A DNA stretch of 64,000 nt from a virus (lineage: Duplodnaviria > Heunggongvirae > Uroviricota > Caudoviricetes), in IMG/VR virus record IMGVR_UViG_3300012573_000004, one strand, 5' to 3'. Every line of letters starts with the position of its first letter. The first letter of the stretch is position 1. Position numbers and translations under genes: made by a program. The notes beneath the pieces are model-generated. The model was not told where the DNA came from. It did no database searches and saw only the letters and a list, made by a program, of their open reading frames with translations. Shown piece after piece: positions 59,779 to 64,000 of this stretch.

Positions 59779-61221
59779 CTAAGAACCACAATCCACTACA
59801 CACACTTGTGAATAAGTGTTATCATGATTATTGTGCAAAGTAGAACCATTTTGTGCGTTGAAAGCCCTCAAAGATACACTGTTCTTTTTGGGGTGTTGCT
59901 TTCTATGGTTGCGTCTTGAAATGCTAAGACCTAAAAGCCTTCTTCCTATAAGATAAGAAGCTTTTTCATGGATAGTAGAGCCAAAAATATCTTCACCCCA
60001 ATAAACAGTGTTCTTTGAGGTGTGATAAGGATTGACTTCTACTACTTTTACACCATAAGTCTCAGCTGTAGATGTGAGTCTAGACCTAAATTCACCAAAA
60101 GGAATAGTTGAGACAACTCTATTTAAAGCTGCACCACAGTTATTACTTTTCCTCCTTTTGTAATTAAGACCTTCGAGCTTTTCAATAGAAAAGTGTGACA
60201 CACCATTGTTGATAGCCCATATCACAAGTGTGCTCACTAGAGAAGAAATATCTTTTGAATGGGTATGATTCAATGTCATCTTTGATATGGGGCTTCCATG
60301 TTTGTCAATGATAGTTGCAGTAATGAAACCACTATTTTGATCTACGCCACATACTCTATCAAATCTTTGTACAGGTGAATGTTGAGTTCTTCTTTTAAGA
60401 TTGTTTCTTTGATCATCCTGAGACATCTTTATAGTTGTATGAACATACCACTGTCTTTTATGACTATTCCATACAAAACTGTAGAAAATTGCTTTTTTAT
60501 CTTCTATGGAAGAAGCAATTGAACCTTTCCCATGTTTGAAAAGAGAAGAGCCGATAGGTATTTCCCTACTATGAAAAGAGCATAATGCTTGCAGACCCTC
60601 ACTTATTTTTGCTATAAAAATTCCAGAATCTATATCATATTTAATGATGTCATTTCCTTTGTTTCTTCCAGAATTCCCCATAAAGGATAAAAACATCCTT
60701 TTGTTTTCCCAGTCTTGTCTAGCTTCATTATCCCATGGGTATCGAGTTATTCTCTTTTGAAGTTTTCTTCCACCAAAACAGCATGAAGGATATTTCTTTT
60801 TTGCTCTTTTTATCTTAGATTGTGTTTGTTGAATAAGACTTGCATAATAGCGTCTTTTGTGAGGTGATTTTTGTCCCTTGCAACCATTAAAGCTCTTTGC
60901 GTGCTTTTTAATATCCTTTTCCCAATCTTTGATATTTTCTTCAGTAGTTCTCTTTACTAGATCTAGTTGATCTGTATTAGAAAACACAATAGAATCAGCT
61001 TCTCTGCTGCTGATAAGATATTTATCCATTAAACGTTTTCTGCGAGAGTTTTTAGTTGTCTTTTCTCCATTTTTCAATGATTTAACAAGATAACAGTAAT
61101 CATCATTTCTAATAGTACTTAAAACCCTACCTATGGTTTCAAGATTAAATCTCTCCATGTCATCCTGGTGCAAAAGGGAAGTGTATGTTTTTGAAGGTAA
61201 ATGATTTTTACTCATTGTCAC
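59779..61221 (-). CDS. tnpB: TnpB-related protein of IS607 (Zn-finger-less subfamily)
   Basis: CGVDQN, SIEKL, VNPYHTSK, HEKASYLIGRR. Confidence 0.85.
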   Translation of the reverse strand: MTMSKNHLPSKTYTSLLHQDDMERFNLETIGRVLSTIRNDDYCYLVKSLKNGEKTTKNSRRKRLMDKYLISSREADSIVFSNTDQLDLVKRTTEENIKDWEKDIKKHAKSFNGCKGQKSPHKRRYYASLIQQTQSKIKRAKKKYPSCCFGGRKLQKRITRYPWDNEARQDWENKRMFLSFMGNSGRNKGNDIIKYDIDSGIFIAKISEGLQALCSFHSREIPIGSSLFKHGKGSIASSIEDKKAIFYSFVWNSHKRQWYVHTTIKMSQDDQRNNLKRRTQHSPVQRFDRVCGVDQNSGFITATIIDKHGSPISKMTLNHTHSKDISSLVSTLVIWAINNGVSHFSIEKLEGLNYKRRKSNNCGAALNRVVSTIPFGEFRSRLTSTAETYGVKVVEVNPYHTSKNTVYWGEDIFGSTIHEKASYLIGRRLLGLSISRRNHRKQHPKKNSVSLRAFNAQNGSTLHNNHDNTYSQVCVVDCGS

Positions 61222-61810
61222 TTACCTCTTTTAATGCTTCTTTTACTCTTTTGGCACTTTCTCTCCCATATATTTTCCCACACCTGGATACCATAAACTC
61301 TGTGATTTCTGTAGCTAAATCATCTTCTAGTTCATCATCATTGATGACAATGATTTTTCTCCCCTGTGCTTCTAAGCAATGTTTAATGAGGTTGAAATTT
61401 GATCTAGCAAGCCTGTCTCTATGCTCTACAATGATAGTAGTGATAGTTGGATCTTTGAGCATTCTTCCCAGTTTAACTCTATTCTCATTAAACCCTGAAC
61501 CTACCTCTTTAATGGTTTTATCAATAGTAAGACCTTGGGAATTTGCATACTTTAAAATAGATAACTCTTGCAGATCTAATCCACTTTTTTGCTTACTAGT
61601 AGATACCCTGCAATAAGCAACTGTTTTTCCAGAACTGTTTTCAGGTGAAATGTTAGTTCCATCAAAGTCATCAGGAACTTGAACAAGAATGATTCTTTGA
61701 CTAGGACGTTCTGTAGGATAAGGAATTTTCCCCTGGTGATACCAGTTAAGAGCTGTTGCACTAGTAACACACATTTTTTGTGCATATTCACTAAGCTTAA
61801 TCCTTTTCAT
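61208..61810 (-). CDS. tnpA: IS607 transposase (HTH + serine recombinase)
   Basis: N-terminal HTH; AYCRVST, EVGSG, VEHRDRLAR. Confidence 0.93.
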   Translation of the reverse strand: MKRIKLSEYAQKMCVTSATALNWYHQGKIPYPTERPSQRIILVQVPDDFDGTNISPENSSGKTVAYCRVSTSKQKSGLDLQELSILKYANSQGLTIDKTIKEVGSGFNENRVKLGRMLKDPTITTIIVEHRDRLARSNFNLIKHCLEAQGRKIIVINDDELEDDLATEITEFMVSRCGKIYGRESAKRVKEALKEVSDNE

Positions 61811-61918
61811 GCAACTTCCTTCCTATTAGGTATAGTATCAACTTTTAACTTTATACATGTCATTATAACAAAATATTTTACACTTTGTTATAATAGGATT
61901 AAACATGAAAATAACACG

Positions 61919-62125
61919 CTAAATCATTATAAAAAAGAGAGCTGCTAAACCACCCAAGATCGCTGCACAGAAAACGATAATATCCCCAGGGGTATTCTTA
62001 CCAAACAGTGCACCACCAGCCACAGTCATCACAGGGATAGCCACAAAGATGATCCAAAAAGACACCTTCCGCTGCCAATGGGCAGTACTATAGTCATTGG
62101 CAAACATGTTGACAATCTTTTTCAT
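61919..62125 (-). CDS. Small two-TM membrane protein
   Basis: AAGGAGAGG SD; 68 aa, hydrophobic. Confidence 0.7.
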   Translation of the reverse strand: MKKIVNMFANDYSTAHWQRKVSFWIIFVAIPVMTVAGGALFGKNTPGDIIVFCAAILGGLAALFFIMI

Positions 62126-62228
62126 AACCTCTCCTTATAATCATTATATGGTGGGAGTAAAACCTGCTATATAATACATATATGACAAAACACCACAATC
62201 AAGAAGATTCATGAAATAATAGCTAAGG

Positions 62229-62260
62229 AAACCACGGGGCTTGTCCCCGTGGTAGTTGAT
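62229..62260 (+). mobile_element. Orphan IS200/IS605 end hairpin
   Basis: AAACCACGGGGCTTGTCCCCGTGGTAGTTGAT, homologous to 49595-49626 and 48260-48281. Confidence 0.7.
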
Positions 62261-62316
62261 CTATGAGTAATATTGGTTGAGTAAATGGTGATATTTTTCC
62301 AAAGTCATGGTGTCTT

Positions 62317-62838
62317 TTACCAACCCCAGCGCAGCACCTTGCAAGAAAGTCCTGCCAACGCTGCTTCGGAGAAAGTCTTGTCAAGCATGTTTGACCAATC
62401 CCTCTTCCCACTCTTCAGATAAGGGGGGAATCCGTTAAGCGCCACGATAGTGCCCACAGGCGCGTTCTTGTAGTCCTCTGCCGTGGTCAGTGTCTCCGGG
62501 TGACCTGGATTATCCGTAATCTCCACCAGCTTGTACTCCTTCCCATTAGGGACAAGCGAGTCAGGTGAAAATCCCCCTTCATTTGTGACAATACAGTCAA
62601 TACCCTCTTCATAACACATCATCACCACTTCGTTATCTCCTGACATAGTTGCCCCAGCCAGGTAATGCTCATCATCATCCCATTCCGCGTCTGCCATTGT
62701 CACCGGGGAGGTGGCACCCAAAATGATCTTAGCGGCGGCGGTAGCTGACTGACCATATGTATTCTCCGGCGCAGATGTAATGCTCTTAGCCCACTGACGG
62801 GCTAGGCGCAGAAGCTTTGTGTCAATATCATTATTCAT
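62317..62838 (-). CDS. Corynephage-like hypothetical protein
   Basis: Start re-called at MNNDIDTK after AAGGAGAA; TMADAEWDDDEHYLAGA, HPETLTT..DY.NAP.GTIVA; high GC. Confidence 0.75.
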   Translation of the reverse strand: MNNDIDTKLLRLARQWAKSITSAPENTYGQSATAAAKIILGATSPVTMADAEWDDDEHYLAGATMSGDNEVVMMCYEEGIDCIVTNEGGFSPDSLVPNGKEYKLVEITDNPGHPETLTTAEDYKNAPVGTIVALNGFPPYLKSGKRDWSNMLDKTFSEAALAGLSCKVLRWGW

Positions 62839-62992
62839 AGGTGTTCTCCTTGTGTTAGTTGTTTTCCGTATTTGTGCTTGAGTATATCGCACAGTGTAAA
62901 TATTGTCAATCAAGGTTAGCTAGCCTATGCCTATTGTTGTATACCAAGCGAATATTCAAGTTAATACATGATACAGAGAGGTGTATAATAAC

Positions 62993-64000
62993 ATGCCTGC
63001 ACAGAATACTAACCCTGGTCATTTTGGTCCTAAAGCCCCACCTGTGGTGTTTGGGCGCAAAAATCTTGATTATGTAGGTGGTAATCACCCAGCTACTCCA
63101 AAAACCTCCGGTAGTGTGTCTAGCATCCGTGATGATTTCAATAGTGCCACAAGTGTTAGTCCAGAGGACATCAGTGAGGAGACCTATTATACTTACAATG
63201 ATTTCCTCGATGATATGCTCAGTGATTTCGACATGATTGGTGAGCCTTTTGTTAGCGCTACTGTGGGTGGATCATGGTCTGATGTAGACGATTTGACTGA
63301 CACTTTGGCAACCATTAAGGCAGATGAGGCTGAGGCTTTAGCTCGCGGCGAAGAGCCAGATGATGAGGATCTTACTGACTACTCCCTGGAAGTTAATGTG
63401 AGCACGGGAAATCAGCTAGAAAGCCTTACTAATAAGATTTTCCTTGGTATTGAGCCCTATTTTAGGGATGGGCAGCGCTACACCAGTGATGAACAGGTGC
63501 CTGAGGAGTGGGTGAATACCAGCCGTGGAAACATCTCTGTTGATGGTAAAACACTCCTGGAAGGATCAGATGATACCAGAGATAAGCTCCGTCAGTTGTC
63601 CGAGAGCTTAGAGTATCTGGAGTCTGATGGTGGTGTGATTGACCAGAACCTCTATTATGAACTAGAGGATACAGCAGCCAAGAATACTTTTGGGCCAGAT
63701 AGTGATGTGCGCTTTATTATCAGTGATCTAGTTGATAATGATCTTGAGAGCCATATTTATGACAATAGGGATGACGAAGAGTTCAATGAAATATTCGACG
63801 AGGATCAGTACATAGAGGAGAGGACAAAATTCTATGAGGATCAACTCACTTTTGACAGAATGTATATGGCCTACTCAGATATGCGAGCCGAAGAAGGTAT
63901 CTATGATGATTATGTAGATACCGGAGATCCTAATACTGGATACTTTGATGTGGATATGCAAACCTTAAGCAATGTAACTATGAGAGTATTAGATTATTAG
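62993..64000 (+). CDS. Very acidic hypothetical protein
   Basis: GAGAGG SD before MPAQNT; D/E-rich; stop TAG at the window end. Confidence 0.75.
   Translation: MPAQNTNPGHFGPKAPPVVFGRKNLDYVGGNHPATPKTSGSVSSIRDDFNSATSVSPEDISEETYYTYNDFLDDMLSDFDMIGEPFVSATVGGSWSDVDDLTDTLATIKADEAEALARGEEPDDEDLTDYSLEVNVSTGNQLESLTNKIFLGIEPYFRDGQRYTSDEQVPEEWVNTSRGNISVDGKTLLEGSDDTRDKLRQLSESLEYLESDGGVIDQNLYYELEDTAAKNTFGPDSDVRFIISDLVDNDLESHIYDNRDDEEFNEIFDEDQYIEERTKFYEDQLTFDRMYMAYSDMRAEEGIYDDYVDTGDPNTGYFDVDMQTLSNVTMRVLDY

Larger units (their letters stand above)
59600..61900 (-). mobile_element. IS607-family element
   Basis: Serine recombinase tnpA overlapping tnpB; ends not precisely defined. Confidence 0.8.

Noticed and set aside
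56951..62838. Prophage
   Set aside because: Only scattered small phage-like genes; no integrase, terminase or structural genes recognised
1..64000. tRNA/rRNA genes, oriT and replication origin
   Set aside because: None recognisable by eye; needs tRNAscan/Infernal and comparative analysis

Overview
AT-rich window (roughly mid-30s % GC by eye) that reads as part of a large conjugative extrachromosomal element, probably a megaplasmid. The host is probably an actinobacterium such as Corynebacterium, inferred from a GrcA2-type glycyl radical protein, a Rib/YPDG surface protein with a VNTGG tail, corynephage-like small genes and a type I-E repeat. About 0.3-40 kb is a long minus-strand transfer and envelope cluster: replication-relaxation-type nuclease, VirD4-like coupling ATPase, VirB6-, TcpE-, pilin- and TcpC-like proteins, ParA/MinD ATPase, DnaX, vWA protein, two membrane-anchored HNH nucleases, LCP ligase, DsbA-like protein and S1 protease. 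About 43-56 kb carries a type IIA topoisomerase pair and a type III restriction-modification system. About 56-64 kb is a mosaic of small, strongly promoted genes. Four distinct TnpB-family genes are present: two IS605-type, one IS607-associated and one Cas12n-like. Most notable signals: (i) a solitary type I-E CRISPR repeat with its own promoter and leader, a candidate RNA anti-CRISPR; (ii) an array-less Cas12n-like nuclease whose 3' end folds into a repeat/anti-repeat-like RNA; (iii) a strand-polarised GGGACA motif concentrated at gene junctions; (iv) a topoisomerase lacking both quinolone-bridge residues; (v) envelope-remodelling enzymes inside the transfer operon. Family assignments come from motif recognition only; no searches were run.
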